Part shown: piece by piece, positions 11,812 through 26,648 of the stretch
Numbering within the stretch: the stretch's first letter is position 1
Layout of the letters: every line of letters begins with the position of its first letter
Source: the human T2T-CHM13v2.0 reference genome, Homo sapiens
DNA length: 64,000 nucleotides
Direction: 5' to 3' (one strand)
Assembly (NCBI RefSeq): GCF_009914755.1
Contig: NC_060926.1
Made by a program: the position numbers and the translations under genes
The notes under the pieces: model-generated
Seen by the model: only the letters and a program-made list of their open reading frames with translations
What the model was told of the DNA's origin: nothing
Databases searched by the model: none

Positions 11812-14285
11812 CAGGCATACCTCAGAGATATTGCAGATCACCTAACTAAAGTGAAGATTGCAAAAAAGCAAGTCATACCAATTTTTTCGTTAACCAATGC
11901 ATACGGAAGTTGTGTTTATACTATAGTAAGTGTGCAGTAGTATTGCATCTAAAAAAAAACAGTGTGAATACCTTAATTAAAAAATATTTTATAGGTAAGA
12001 AATGCTAAGGATCATCGGAGCCTTCAGTGAGTTCTAATCTTTTTGCTGGTGGAAGGTCTTGTCTTGATGTTGATGACTACTGACTGATAATGGTGGTGGT
12101 TGCTGAAGATTGCGGTGGCTGTGGCAATTTCTTAAAATAAGACGACAATGAAGTTGCCACATCAATTGACTCTTACTTTTATGAAAGATTTCTCTGTAGC
12201 ATGCAATGCTGTTTGACAGCATTTTACTCAGAGTAGAACTTCTTTAAAAATTGGAGTCAGTCCTCCAAAACTCTGCCACTGCTTTATGAACTAAGTTTAT
12301 GGAATGTTCTAACTCCTTTGTTGTATTTCAATGATCTTCAGAGCATCTTTACCAGAAGTAGTTTTCATCTCAAGAAACCACTTTCTTAGTTCACTCATGA
12401 GAAGCAACTCCTCATCCGTTGAAGTTTTATCATGAGATTGCAGCAATTCAGTCATATCTTCAGGCTCTACTTTTAATTCTAGTTCTCTTGATATTTCCAT
12501 CACATGTGTGGTTACTTCCTCCACTTGGACCCCTCAGTCATCCATGAGGATTGGAATCAACTTCATTTGAACTCCTGTTAATATTGATATTTCGACCACC
12601 TATGATCATGAAAGTTCTTAATGATATTTAGAATGGTGAATCTTTTCCAGAAGATTTTCAGTTTACTTTGCCCAGATCCATTAGACAAATCACTATTATT
12701 GCAGCTATTGCCTTATGAACTGTGTTTCTTAAATAGTAAGACTTGAAAGTTGAAGTTACTCCTTGATCCATGGGCTGCAGAATGGATGTTGTGTTAGCAG
12801 GCATGAAAACAACATTATGCTCCTTGTACGTCTCTGTCAGAACTCTTGGGTGACTGGTGTGTTGTTAGTGAACAGTAGTATTTTGAAAGAAATATTTTTT
12901 TTTTTTCTGGCTGGTCATGGTGGCTCACACCTGTAATCTCAGCACTTTGGGAGGTTGAGGTAAGAGGATTGCTTGAGCCCAGGAGTTCAAACCAGTCTGC
13001 TCAATATAGTGAGACTCCCATCTCTATTAAAAAACAAAATCTTTTTGAGCCGTAGGTTTCAACAGTGGGCTTAAAATATTCAATAAACAAGGTTGTAAAC
13101 CGATGTGGTCTTATCTAGGCTTGTTATAAGCCCAGGCAGGGTAGATTTAGCATAATTCTTAAGGACTCTAGGGTTTTTGGAATGATGAATGAGCATTGGC
13201 TTCAACTTAAGGTTACAAGCTGCCTTAGCCCCTAACAGGTCAGGCTGTCCTCTGAAACCAGACATTAACTTCTTTTGGCTATGAAAGTCATAGATGTCAT
13301 CTTTCAATAAAAGGCTGTTTCATCTACATTTAAAACCTGTTGTTAGTGTAGTCACCTTCATCACTGAAGTTAGGTAGATCTTCTGGGTAACTTGCTGCAC
13401 CTTCTGCATCAGCCCTTGCCATTGTTTCACCTTGTACTTTTATGTTATGGAGACGGCTTCTTTCCTTAAACCTCATGAATCAACCTCTGCTAGCTGCAAA
13501 CCCTTTTCCGCAGCTTCCTCAATTCCCTCAGCCTTTATAGAATTGAAGAGAGTTAGGGCCTTGTTCTGAATTAGGCCTTGGCCTAAGGGAAATTGTAGCT
13601 AGTTTCATTTTTTTTTTATCTAGACCACACAAATTTTCTCCATGTTACCGGTTATGCTGTTTTGTTTTCCATCATTTGCGTGTTCATTGAAGTTCCATTT
13701 TTAATTTCCTTCAAGAACTTCAAGAAATGCAAAGGAAACTTCATTTACAACTTGGCTAACTTTGGTGCAAGAGGCTCAACTTTTGGTCTGTTTTGGCTTT
13801 CAACATGCCTTTCTTACTAAGCTTAATAATCATTCTAGCTTTTTAAAAGTGAGAGATATACAACTCTTCCTTTCACTTGAACATTTAGAGGCCATAGTAG
13901 GGTTATTAATTGGCCTGTTTTCAATATTGTTGTGTCTCAGGGAATAGGGGTCCCCAAGGAGAGGGAGAGAGATGGGAATGAACAATCAGTGAAGCAGTCA
14001 GAACATATACAACATTTATAGGTTAAGTTGGCCATCTTATATGGACATGGCTTGTGGTACCCCAAAACAAGTGTAATAGAGCAAAAATGACTGATCACAG
14101 ATCCCCATAAGACATCTAATAATTATCAAAATGTGACACAGAGACACAAAATGAGCACATACTGTTGGAAAAATGGTGCCAGTAGACTTACTTGATGCAG
14201 GGTTATCACAAACCTTCAATTTCTTAAAAAATGCACTATCTGTGAAACACAATGAAGTGAAGCTCAATAAAATGAGGTGTGCCTG
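11812..14285 (-). mobile_element. Near full-length Tigger1 DNA transposon (TcMar-Tigger), degenerate transposase
   Basis: TIRs caggcatacctc (11812) and gaggtgtgcctg (14285), TA TSD both sides; minus-strand ORFs 13080..13307 (KLKPMLIHHSKNPRVLKNYAKSTLP) and 12309..12524 (ELELKVEPEDMTELLQSHDK) are Tigger1 transposase remnants. Confidence 0.92.
12909..13039 (+). mobile_element. FLAM/Alu monomer inserted into Tigger1
   Basis: ggctggtcatggtggctcac...ggattgcttgagcccagg...ccatctctattaaaaaac. Confidence 0.85.
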
Positions 14286-16125
14286 TATTTTCTTTTGCTC
14301 TATTTACATAATCTGTCTAGAGAATGTTGAGTACCCAAAATGTTATACTGTATAATGCTAGACATTGGTAAATACCAGTTGTTTCTTAAAAACAACGTTA
14401 AGAGCAAAACTTAATTGTGCTTTAATTTAGTAAGTCACAAAATAGACCAATTATGTGACCATAGTCTAGAGTTGAATGGTTTTTATTTTTGTGTATTAAA
14501 CATGACAGCCCAATGAAGAAAACTTGTAAGAGTTTTATAGGGTACAGTTTAGGTCACAGAATGAAGTTCAACATAACTTGTTTATTTTACATTGATTGTT
14601 TAACCAGTAATTATCCATATGACATCCCAATGCAAATGCTGACATCCATTTCCAAAAGAGTTGTTTTTTTGTGCTTTTTCTAAGGTTACAAAGGTTTTTG
14701 TGGTTTAAATGTTGTTACATATTTTACAGCATTAGGATCTATGGAATATTTTGACAACTGCAACAGTTCAATGAAGTTGGTAATTTCTTCTTTTAATTAT
14801 TTTTCATTGAACAGCTTTGGAGTTACATTTCTACATTTTGATTTCTGGTATATTATAAGGAAAGAAAAAATTATGTCAAAGGATACTTTAGAGAAAATAC
14901 ATAGATAGTGATTACAATATGGCTGTAATTAAATTATCCTTAATCTTGTTGAAGTTTTGTTAGTGCCTAATTTTGATGAAATAGTATGGTGTTCCTTCCA
15001 GCTACTGATTGTATATATGTGATTGCACATCTTTCTTAAAAAAGTGGATTTGTAGGTTTTCACATATTGTCAGCCACACTCTAATCCTCTTGTAAAGAAT
15101 GAACCTGGCTTTATTCAATTAAATAATTCTCTGGTACAGGTTTTCCTCCCATAATATTTTAAAGTACAATGTTTTGGGTTTTTTGAGGGTAAAGTAAAAG
15201 AAAATATGTTTTAAAAACTTTAGTTGTCAAATTATTTTATTTTAAGCCTATTTTAGAAATTAGAGATGTATTGTTTCTTTTGGGTGCATATCACCAATTA
15301 ATACGTTTGATTTCAGATCTACAACTTACTGCTTTGTAAACTTCGCCGAGGTAAAATGAAACCATTTGGCTACTTGAACTGATCTACATTACATAGATTT
15401 TTCCTATTGACATTTGCAGTAGATAACATGTCAGAAATGAAAGTGATGAAACAATACATCTTCCATATTCTGAATTGGCATAATGCTAAATACAACAGAA
15501 GCTAATTTTTTAGAGACTGTGAAATATAATTTTTTTTAGTTCAAGTATATTATAGCAAGTGAGAGCTATTAAGAATAGAGCTTTCTCTGCAGTAGTAAAA
15601 TGCAACCAGAATGTTTGCATATACTGGAATTAAAAGATTAGTTTTGCAACATAATTCATTTTTCTAACTCTGATATTAGTTTAAGGATTTAATAAAATAT
15701 AAGTAGATTGTTCTTAATTGAAATATTTTATATATACTTAATTCTTTTCGAAGGGTGAAACTTTATTTTAAGTTTTTTTAAATATAAGATTAAATAAATA
15801 ACACATTTTAGCAAATTATGTGCTGTCATGAAAGATAAGGGAATTCATGGTAACTTGTATTTAAAATTCTGTAACTTTGGGTTGGGTAAAGATATACTTA
15901 AAATAAAGCATTCCCTTTGTAATTCTAATGCATTCTCAACATATGGGTATTAAATAACATGAAAAAAAGTTTATATAAATGTTAAATTACTTTAGAACTA
16001 TTTCCTAGATTTAAAAATACTAATGCAGTATATTATAATAGTAGCTTTGAAATTTTGATATTGGCTTGAAACTTAACTGTAGTGGTACCTATATTAACGT
16101 ATTTATGTCTCTTATTTTTTTGCAG

Positions 16126-16158
16126 CAAGGAGTAAATAATGCTGAAAAATTTGACTAT
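16126..16158 (+). CDS. GLS: GLS exon 8 (33 nt): QGVNNAEKFDY
   Basis: tttttttgcag|CAAGGA acceptor, TAT|gtaagt donor; in frame. Confidence 0.96.
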
Positions 16159-16246
16159 GTAAGTGCAACATGTCATTCAGTTTTCATGCCACATTCTCTA
16201 TATATTTGTTTTTTGATTACTAATATTCCCTACTTTTGGTTTCTAG

Positions 16247-16305
16247 GTCATGCAGTTTTTGAATAAGATGGCTGGTAATGAATATGTTGGATTCAGTAAT
16301 GCAAC
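16247..16305 (+). CDS. GLS: GLS exon 9 (59 nt): VMQFLNKMAGNEYVGFSNA(T)
   Basis: ttctag|GTCATG acceptor, AAC|gtgagt donor; 88-nt intron after exon 8. Confidence 0.96.
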
Positions 16306-16589
16306 GTGAGTGTTTTAAATACTGTTTTGTTACGTAAAAACACACAACTGTATTTAGAATTGATCCACTCTCTTTTCATTGGAGGGAAATGAATGATTTC
16401 TAAATTACCTGACAGAAACACTTAAAAATACTTTAAATAGTTTTGACAAATTTCTTACAGGTAATCATACAATCAGAAGAGACCCCAAGTTTATCTCAAA
16501 TTACTGGTGCTTATTCAGTTTTATCTTTGCTTGTAATACCTGTCTTACCTCTCTTCTATTTCTGTTCCAGGCTATCTGGATTTTTACCC

Positions 16590-17150
16590 CAATTTTTTAT
16601 TTTAAAATTTGTGAGTCTATAGAAAAGTTGAAAAAATAAATATCTGGAATCTTTTACTTATATTTTCTAATATTTTGTCTTACTTGCTTTTTCTCAATCT
16701 CTGTCTCTTTAGATAGATAAAAAATATGTATGTATACCTCTAAACACAAATATGTAAATATATATGTACATAGATTTTTTTTCCCTAAACCATTTCAAAT
16801 TAAGTTGCAGGCATCATACTTCACCCTTAGATAAGAAAGCACATACAGTCTAAGAATAAGGACATTCTCCTACATAACCACAATACCATTAACACATGTA
16901 AGAACGTTAACGTTAATTTTAAAATATCATGACATTAATCAATATGTAAATGTCCCCATCTCTTCCCCAAATGTCTTTTACAACTTTTATTATTATTTTT
17001 TAGATTCAGGAACAAATCAAGGTTCTTACATTGTATTTATTACGATGTCTGTTTTGTCTCTTTACTTAGAACAGTCCCCGTGCCCTTGCTTTCACAAATT
17101 TTATTAAATGGCTTTTATTTTTAAAGAGTGCAGGCTGCTTGTTTTATAGA
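16590..17150 (-). mobile_element. Old L1M (L1MC/ME-like) 3' fragment
   Basis: aagttgcaggcatc...ctaagaataaggacattctcctacataaccacaatacc resembles the L1MC/ME 3' end; boundaries approximate. Confidence 0.5.
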
Positions 17151-17151
17151 C

Positions 17152-17322
17152 CAGGGGTTGCTGACTTTTTCTTTGAAGGACCAGACAGTAAATATTTTAA
17201 GCTTGTGTACCATACGGTCTGTGTTGTAACTTCTCAGTTCTGCTGTTTAGTAGAAAACAGCCATAGACAATATGAGGGTGTGTTATAAAAAACTTTATAA
17301 AAACAGGCAGCAGGCCGTATAG
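17152..17322. mobile_element. MER58A-like hAT MITE
   Basis: caggggttg...ccagacagtaaatatttta...acagccatagacaata...aaaacaggcagcaggcc. Confidence 0.7.
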
Positions 17323-19018
17323 TGGATGTTTCCCATTTTGTATTTGTCTGGTTCCTTGTCATTAGAAACACTATAATGTTAAACGTTATCGTAATATTAT
17401 TATGTTAAACAGTTTTAGCATGTATACTACTATTTTATTCTTATTTTGCACTTCCTGCTTCGCATTTCAGGGGTAAACATTTTCAGGTTGCATGGCTTCC
17501 CAACATTAATTCATCAGCTTAAGTATCTTTTCCAGGAAGTATTCCATGAATCTCAACTTGCCTCTTTTCTGTGCTCTTCTGTTACCATATTTTATCAAAC
17601 TTATTACATGTCTCTCTTTGCCCCATAACCACCATTAGACTCTGCCCTCCTTAAGACCTAGATGGAATGTTGTGTCTTCCAGTTCATTTCTGTATCCCTG
17701 TTATCTGGCAGATAATAGGCACTTGAGATAGTGTTGAAGAACTATGTGTCAGTCACTGTGATAACTGCTGACTAGTTAGTCATTTATCTAAACTATGTTG
17801 ATGTTTTTTTTAAAAGTACGGCAAATTGATAAGAATTTGAAATGTTAAAATGTGCAATTAGAAGGGGCTGTCCACCTCAGTGATATAAAGAACATTAACC
17901 ACAGTTCCTCTAATATCAGCAGCCCTTTTAGACTTGTAGGGCAATTCTCAAATATACCGCAAATTAAATCTGTCTAAATCAAAACTCATTCTCTTTCTTT
18001 CCAAACTGCTCTTTGCTCTAGAGATAGATCCCTGTATCAGTTAATATTATTATCCTCTCAGGCTATGTTAGAAATTCAGGCTTTGTATCAGTCTTTACTC
18101 TGCCTCTCCTTTTTCTCATCAGGTTGGAAGATTATCCAATTACTTGCATATTTGTTCATACCTCTCCTTCCATTCCTATCACAGCTGCCTAAATTCAGGC
18201 TTTTGTAGCTCTCATTACAGTATTCTCTTAATAGATCAGTCATCACTTCTTTTTCCCCTTTTTCAAACTGATGTCAGAGTTATCTTTCCAAAATGCAGAT
18301 CTGATTAGGTAACTTCTTTGTAAGCCCTCAGGCTTTTGTTTTGTGGGTAGTCAGGAGCTATTAATTATTTGGCATCTATTGGTTTTGATAATTTGGTCCC
18401 AGTCTCCTTTGTTTGTTTGATGTTTTCCCACTCCTCTCCATGTGCCATTCCCCAGTTACATCAGAATATTTGCCATTCTTCAGTGGAGCCCTGTCTATAT
18501 ACTTTTCTAACCCGTTCATGATGCATGGAATTTGCCAGTGCCTAGGCCTCACCCTGAAATCTATTAGTCCATTGAGTCCTGCAAGATCCATTTTGTGTTT
18601 CCCACTCTCAGTGAAAGTTCCATGATTATGTCAAGTTCCCTGATTATGTCAATTAAAATGGACTCTTATTGTACTTTTGGGTAGCCAGAGGATTCTGCAG
18701 TTTTTCAGTGTATTTTAATGGTAGAAGATTTGAGAATTTTAAAATTAGCATTTTTGTTTACAAAATATGAAGACTAGAAAGGACCTGAATTCGTTTCAGT
18801 CATTTTATAGCCAAGAAAATGAAGATTGAAAGAATTACCACTTAAATGACTTGTCCAAAGTCACACAAATAGCCTATTGACAGAATTGATTGGAACTCTG
18901 TAGTCCTGAATCTTAGTTCAGTGTTCTTTATGCTGTACATTGCTATGCAAATGAAATTATGAACAATCACACTTTTAAAGAAAGTACATAGAGCAAATGT
19001 TTTTTTTTCTTCTTCCAG

Positions 19019-19085
19019 GTTTCAGTCTGAAAGAGAAAGTGGAGATCGAAATTTTGCAATAGGATATTACTTAAAAGAAAAGAAG
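19019..19085 (+). CDS. GLS: GLS exon 10 (67 nt): (T)[22 protein letters not shown], includes E381, N388, Y394
   Basis: tcttccag|GTTTCA acceptor, AAG|gttttt (weak) donor; frame fits both neighbours. Confidence 0.95.
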
Positions 19086-19644
19086 GTTTTTAAATTTTTG
19101 TTTCTATTTCAAATTATTCTTTCATTTAATAAAATACATGAAGATGTATGCTAAGAATTCAACAATAGCCTTTAAGCAACTACCTATTACTATTTAAGGT
19201 GCAGAAGTTTTTGCAGAGTGCTCGTGAGTCAGTGTTATCAAATTGTTAATGTTATTGTTAATTTGATTTGTATCTGGCAGCATTTAAATATTTGACTCAT
19301 ATTATTTATTAATACAAATTTTGTTTGAGGTTTAGTCTATTTTTTCAAAAGCATGATGCCTGATTACTGTTAACTACTCTTGATTTTTTTAAGTGGCTGG
19401 TCTAGTAACTTGATTTATAAATCATGAATCATTTTATCATTGTCAGTTAAACTAGTATCTAGAAACTTACATGATGTGATAAAATTTTGCTTTTTTATTT
19501 CATGTTTATACTCTTTTAGAAGTTACATGCTATTTTATTAATTAAAATGAAACACTTGTGTACATTTGAAATTTTTCATATGTTTCTCTACTTATGTGCA
19601 TTCCTGTGTGCCTGAATTTTTAATTGCCTTTCTGGTTTTTTTAG

Positions 19645-19695
19645 TGTTTTCCAGAAGGCACAGACATGGTTGGTATATTAGACTTCTACTTCCAG
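19645..19695 (+). CDS. GLS: GLS exon 11 (51 nt): CFPEGTDMVGILDFYFQ, includes Y414
   Basis: tttttttag|TGTTTT acceptor, CAG|gtaatc donor. Confidence 0.96.
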
Positions 19696-19736
19696 GTAAT
19701 CTAATTATGTAAATCGTATATATAAATGGATGTGTC

Positions 19737-20060
<324 letters not shown>

Positions 20061-22407
20061 TCAGAAATCTTGGTTCTAGGCCATGAGAAAATACATTTTC
20101 CATTGACTTTCAAAAATGTCTTCATAAAAGGCAGTCTCATGTCCATGCATGTTGCCTAAAAATTCATGCCTCAAAATGTAATGGGGACAATTTTTTCTGT
20201 AAACATATTTAAGAATTGTCAAAAATAATGAACACTCCCAGAAATTGGCACTCTTAATTATAAACTGGGCTCTAAATTTTTCGTAGCTTTTACATTTTGT
20301 TTGGGAAAAGCTTTATTTTTTATTTTTTTATTTTTTAAATCAGAGGGCTCTTATTCAGCATTTAAAAGTGTCAGTGTCTCAGCTGACTTGGTATCTTGTA
20401 ATTTCTTTGTTACTACTCTATCCTGGCTTAACTGGTGCTAGTTCATTTCTGCAGTGTCATATGTCGGGCTTTCTTGTAAGTTAGAGTAGCTCTCAATATT
20501 GAGGGGGTGGGGTTGAGCGAGAGGGACCGTGTTACGCACAATGGGCTATGGTATAGAACTCAATTTAGAATAGCCTTCCTGGAGATCTCTTCTTTCACCC
20601 ACATTTTCAGCTCAATTTATTCTTACAGATTTAACACAGTTGGTGCCACTGATGGGGCTGTAATGTGAAGCCACATAGGAGGCTACATTATTGTTAATTT
20701 CTAGTTCACCTTACATTTGCCTGTCTTTACTATTAAAGGTTCCTTAATTTTAACCTTTCAGTAATCTTAGAGAATATATAAGGGAGGTTGATAATGAGTT
20801 AGATTTTGATAGATGTCCAGGTTGCAGCTTTTCATCGGCCCAATGTGAAAAACCGTAAATTGGGAATCCAGACCATCAATATAAAATTTAAGGTCTAGCC
20901 TGGCCACTTATTAGCCATGTGACCTAATTTTAGTTACTGATCCCTAGTTTCCTTATGTGTAGTATATGCGTCACCTGCCTTGCCATATTATGTGGAAGAT
21001 AACATGAGATGATATGTGAAATTCCTTTGAAACTAGCCTTTTTTTTCCCCCTGGTCTGTATGAATTTTTTCCGTAAGTTTCTTTTCCTTTGGAATACATA
21101 TTTAAATTTGGCTGTTATAGAATCTACTGTAATGTGACATTTCTATACTTCATTGCAAAAATCAAGAAACAGCCATAGAAGTGGTACTGACTTTTTTGGA
21201 GAAGGGCTGCATCAAATTGAACGGCCATTGAGATTAGCAGGAGAGTACCCGAGTTGGCATTTGGCAAATTAAGAATGTGCTGCCTTATGACAAACAAAAT
21301 TCCAATTAATGTTAAGTATAAATTAGGAAATGATCATTGGAATTCAGAAAGCCTTGCATGATTAAGTCGACCTTATCACAAATCTTTGCTATCTGGGGCA
21401 GTATTGCAAGTCGATTCTGTCGTTTTTGAGAAATAGGGAAGAGATTTTTTATATAAATAGGCAATGTAGTCAAAGTTAAACACACAATGTTCTAATTCAC
21501 TGTACTTAGTTTTCCTCCTTGCTATTTCCAAACCCCTTTGTGCCTCTTGTAGATCTTGGAGTATGGCTGAGGAAAATTTATAAGTTGAACTCATTCTTCT
21601 CCTATCCACTTTATTTTTTGACCCCGTCTCATCCCAATTTTGCTTACTATTAGCTAAAAATAAAATGTGGAAAAATTTATTTTCATTTTATGGGTAAATT
21701 TGGGTTTGGTACGGTGAACTATTTTCATTATTTTGATTGTATTTAAATGCAAAAATTTTATCCTAGAGGGTATTCTTAGCACCCATAGTAAATATCAAAT
21801 AAATATTAATAAATGGTCTAAAGGATAACATTTTGGTTTAGGCTTACAGAGCATCTGAGACAGATCTGCTTTATATTTTTCTTCCCCTTTTTCCTTTGCC
21901 TGTTACCATATAGATGGGGATGCCGAACTTTGTTATGGGTGAAATGTCAGGCACTGTAGCATTTTTTTCTAAAATGGTGATTTCTCATGTAGACACTATC
22001 ATAATCTTCATGTATGGTGCTTTATCTTAAAAATATTTCATGGCTCTTTTTTTTTCTGTTGAGTTAAAAGTAATTATGCTTGTGTATTCCACAGAAAGTA
22101 TTAATATTTAAGCAAATTTGAATATCACATGGGATAATAACAAATCTTAGTGTTTAGAGGCTGGCACTTCCTAGTCTAGTTCTGCCATTAAAAGACTGAG
22201 TATCTTTGGCCAAATCAGGGTAAATCTTAAAAGTGGGTAGGACTTCGGTCAACTAAAATCTTCAGAATGTCCTCAAGTTTATATTAAAGTAATCTCTTTG
22301 GAAGAAATATTTCAGATCTGTATGAAATACCAAATAAAATAGATTATCTTAAAAGTGAACAGTAATATTAAAAGTAGTATGAGAATTCTGCTTTTTCTTT
22401 GTGTTAG

Positions 22408-22584
22408 CTGTGCTCCATTGAAGTGACTTGTGAATCAGCCAGTGTGATGGCTGCGACACTGGCTAATGGTGGTTTCTGCCCAATTACTGGTGAAAGAGTA
22501 CTGAGCCCTGAAGCAGTTCGAAATACATTGAGTTTGATGCATTCCTGTGGCATGTATGACTTCTCAGGGCAGTTTGCTTTCCAT
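22408..22584 (+). CDS. GLS: GLS exon 12 (177 nt): [59 protein letters not shown], includes Y466
   Basis: gtgttag|CTGTGC acceptor, CAT|gtaagt donor; ORF 22423..22626 overlaps; CGMYD motif. Confidence 0.97.
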
Positions 22585-23400
22585 GTAAGTAATTGTTTAA
22601 TCTTATTTTCTCTGGCAAGAAACTAGTCTGAACTGGTTCTTTTAAAAATGCAGTTTGAACTTTGCTTCTAAAGCTGTATATTAATTTTTGAGAGAGAGGC
22701 TTGTTTTCAAGGTTAATTTGTTACAAGATTAGTAAGGAATAGAGATAAGGTCTACCAGATGTTCTTAAGAACTTGGAAGTTTGATTTATAGAACCTCATC
22801 CCTTCTGCTTTTAAGGCAATCCAGTGTACAAGGTTAGTACAGTCTTTCTTTACTTTTTGTTTTTAATGTTTAGCATTATGATTATGTATCTTAAGAATTC
22901 TCTAAGTTCAGAAAGATTGCAAAGATGTGACGTTTCACATCTTTGGTTACGGCCATAGCTGTTTTAAGGACTAAAAGTGTATTAAAGTTAAAACTTAACA
23001 AAAATGTACTGCTTTAAGCTCTGTTGTGCATTTGCCACTTGTAAAGTATATAGACTTTTTTTATTTCATTCTGCTCATGTCAAGTCATAATGCCCTTCTA
23101 AAAGCTTTTTTTATTTTGGAAATTTTCAAACATGTAAAACGAGAGAGAGAGAGAGATACATTTAATGTTATCCATCACTCAGCTTCATTAATTATGAATA
23201 CATTACTAATCTTGTTTCATCTGTATGTGCATCTGTTTCCCCTATCCTTGTCATATTTCAGTATGTAATTCTAAATAAGGATCCTTAACAAAACATAACA
23301 ATAATACAGTTTTTACATATAAAAATTAAATATTACATATCAAAACTTTAATATCATTATTAATATCAATATTAAATTGAATATCAAAATATTTAGTTAG

Positions 23401-23776
<376 letters not shown>

Positions 23777-24079
23777 TGAGGTGCATACATTATGATTGGG
23801 TTTTGTCTCCTTTTTTTTTTTTTTTAAATCTATTGGTCTTCTTTTGACCTGTCTCTCTTTTTTTCTTGTTATTTTTGGTTGGAAAAACTGGGTAATTTAG
23901 TCTATACAGTTTTCCACTGTCTCTACATTGCTGATTACCTCTGTTCCATTGTCCCTTGTATTTCCTATAAATTTGTAGATCCAATTCAGGTGTGTTTTTT
24001 TTTTTTTTTTTTTTTTTTTTTGGTCTGCTTGTTTTGTTTAGTTTTGTGTAAAAGTACTTTATTGGTATACTTCTTTTAT

Positions 24080-24202
24080 TTTTGTTTGTTTATTTATTTA
24101 TTTATTTTGAGACAGAGTCTCACTGTGTCGCCCAGGCTGGAGTGCAGTGGCGTGATCTCGGCTCACTGCAACCTCCATCGCCTGGGTTCTAGCAATTCTC
24201 CT
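24080..24202 (-). mobile_element. Truncated Alu (right-arm 3' part)
   Basis: (ttta)n tail + gagacagagtctc...caattctcct, then homology stops. Confidence 0.85.
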
Positions 24203-24463
24203 ATCCAGAGGTACTGACTGACTGAATGTTAGTAAGCAATTAATGAACACTGCTCTAATGACATTAACTTTTTTTTTTATCATTTGTCAAGTTTTGCTAA
24301 TGTAACTTAAATTTTTTGAGGAGGAGTAATTTAAATTACCATTTTAGAAAATCTTTTAAGAATATATAACTTTTTATTGTTTTCTAGTTGTAAAATATTT
24401 TTAAAAAATAATTTGTTATATTTAAAAACAATACGTTTATCTTAGAACAATTAGAAAATATAG

Positions 24464-25153
<690 letters not shown>

Positions 25154-25174
25154 TAAACCAATTTCCCAATTGTG

Positions 25175-25462
25175 TTTTTTTTTTTTTTGAAACTGGATCT
25201 TGCTCTGTCATCCAGGCTGGAGTGCAGTGGTGCGATCATGGCTCACTGTAGCCTTGACCTCCTGAGGTCATGTAATCCTCCCACATCATCCTCCAGAGTA
25301 GCTGTGACTACTGGTGTGCACTTCCATGTCTCACTGTTTTTTGTAGAGACGAGATCTCCCTGTGTTACCCAGCCTAGCCTCCAACTCCTGGGCTCAAGTG
25401 ATCTGCTTGCCTTGGCCTCCCAAAGTGCTGAGATTACAGGAGTGAGCCATGGTGCCCAGCCC
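25175..25462 (-). mobile_element. AluJ-like SINE ending ~80 nt upstream of exon 13
   Basis: polyT + gaaactggatc...agccttgacctcc...gcccagcc. Confidence 0.87.
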
Positions 25463-25540
25463 CAGTTTCCCTATTGTTGAACATAACATTTCTTATTTTA
25501 AAATGTTTACCTGAATACTCTTTTACTGAATTATTTTTAG

Positions 25541-25672
25541 GTTGGTCTTCCTGCAAAATCTGGAGTTGCTGGGGGCATTCTTTTAGTTGTCCCCAATGTT
25601 ATGGGTATGATGTGCTGGTCTCCTCCTCTGGATAAGATGGGCAACAGTGTTAAGGGAATTCACTTTTGTCAC
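25541..25672 (+). CDS. GLS: GLS exon 13 (132 nt): [44 protein letters not shown]
   Basis: ttatttttag|GTTGGT acceptor, CAC|gtaagc donor; GLPAKSGV and SPPLD..GNS glutaminase signatures. Confidence 0.97.
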
Positions 25673-26648
25673 GTAAGCATATTTTCTTAATGTAAATAAT
25701 GGTGTTACAAGTTGAGCCATCCAATGATTCTTTTTTTTAACCCATTTTCCATAGTTCATTAACTCTTGGCCCTCCGCCTATAGTGTGCCAGTTACTAGGG
25801 AGCCGTGGAAATACTCCCAGAGGAGCTTCAAGTTGTCTCTGTCAGACAGCTCCCATTTAATTATTCCCACAGATTATATTTGTTAGATGCTAATATTTTA
25901 ATTTTCATGGTTATAATTAGTATCAATTTTCAAAAGCTCAACAAAAGGTATTAAACTTGGAGAAGTAATTTAAAAGCCAGTATATCTTAAGAATTATTTT
26001 GGTTTATTATATCTTTAATCTGCATGGTTAAATATCTTTATCCATTGACTACCTTTAAACATTTTTTTGAGGAAATAAGCACTGAAAATTAAAAAAAGAT
26101 TAAACCATTTTTAAACTGTTACTGCTCTTGATAGTTCTGTATTTTGTTGTTACCCAGTTCCTGCTAATGTTTGAGCTTCTAGTTTTAGTTACATTGATTA
26201 CTTGCTTGAGTTCATATTAAGTACCATACTCAATTAAAATTGTTTTATTTTCCAGTCTTTTATATTTTACAAAAACTAGAGTATGACCTTGGAGTGCATA
26301 TAAAATATAGTAGATTGTAACCAGAGTACTTATTTATATTTTAATGTGGCTTTACACTTATTTGATAGAAGAATTCTTTCATGGGGCCGGTTATAAACCC
26401 TATTTTGTAGAAGATGAAAGATGATTTGATTGGCTGAGCCCTAGGATCATGTTAGTAAGCAGTGTTCTTAAAACTTATATCCATATCTTACTCTGATTTT
26501 AGTTCTCTTCTTGATGCATTATACTACTTTATTAGCATGTAGTGATGATTTCTAGGCTGGACGATATAAGCAGAGTTTGTTAAAATATGGATATATATAA
26601 CCAATGAATAGCCAATTTCTTATACCTGCTCTGTATAACTGTTTACAG

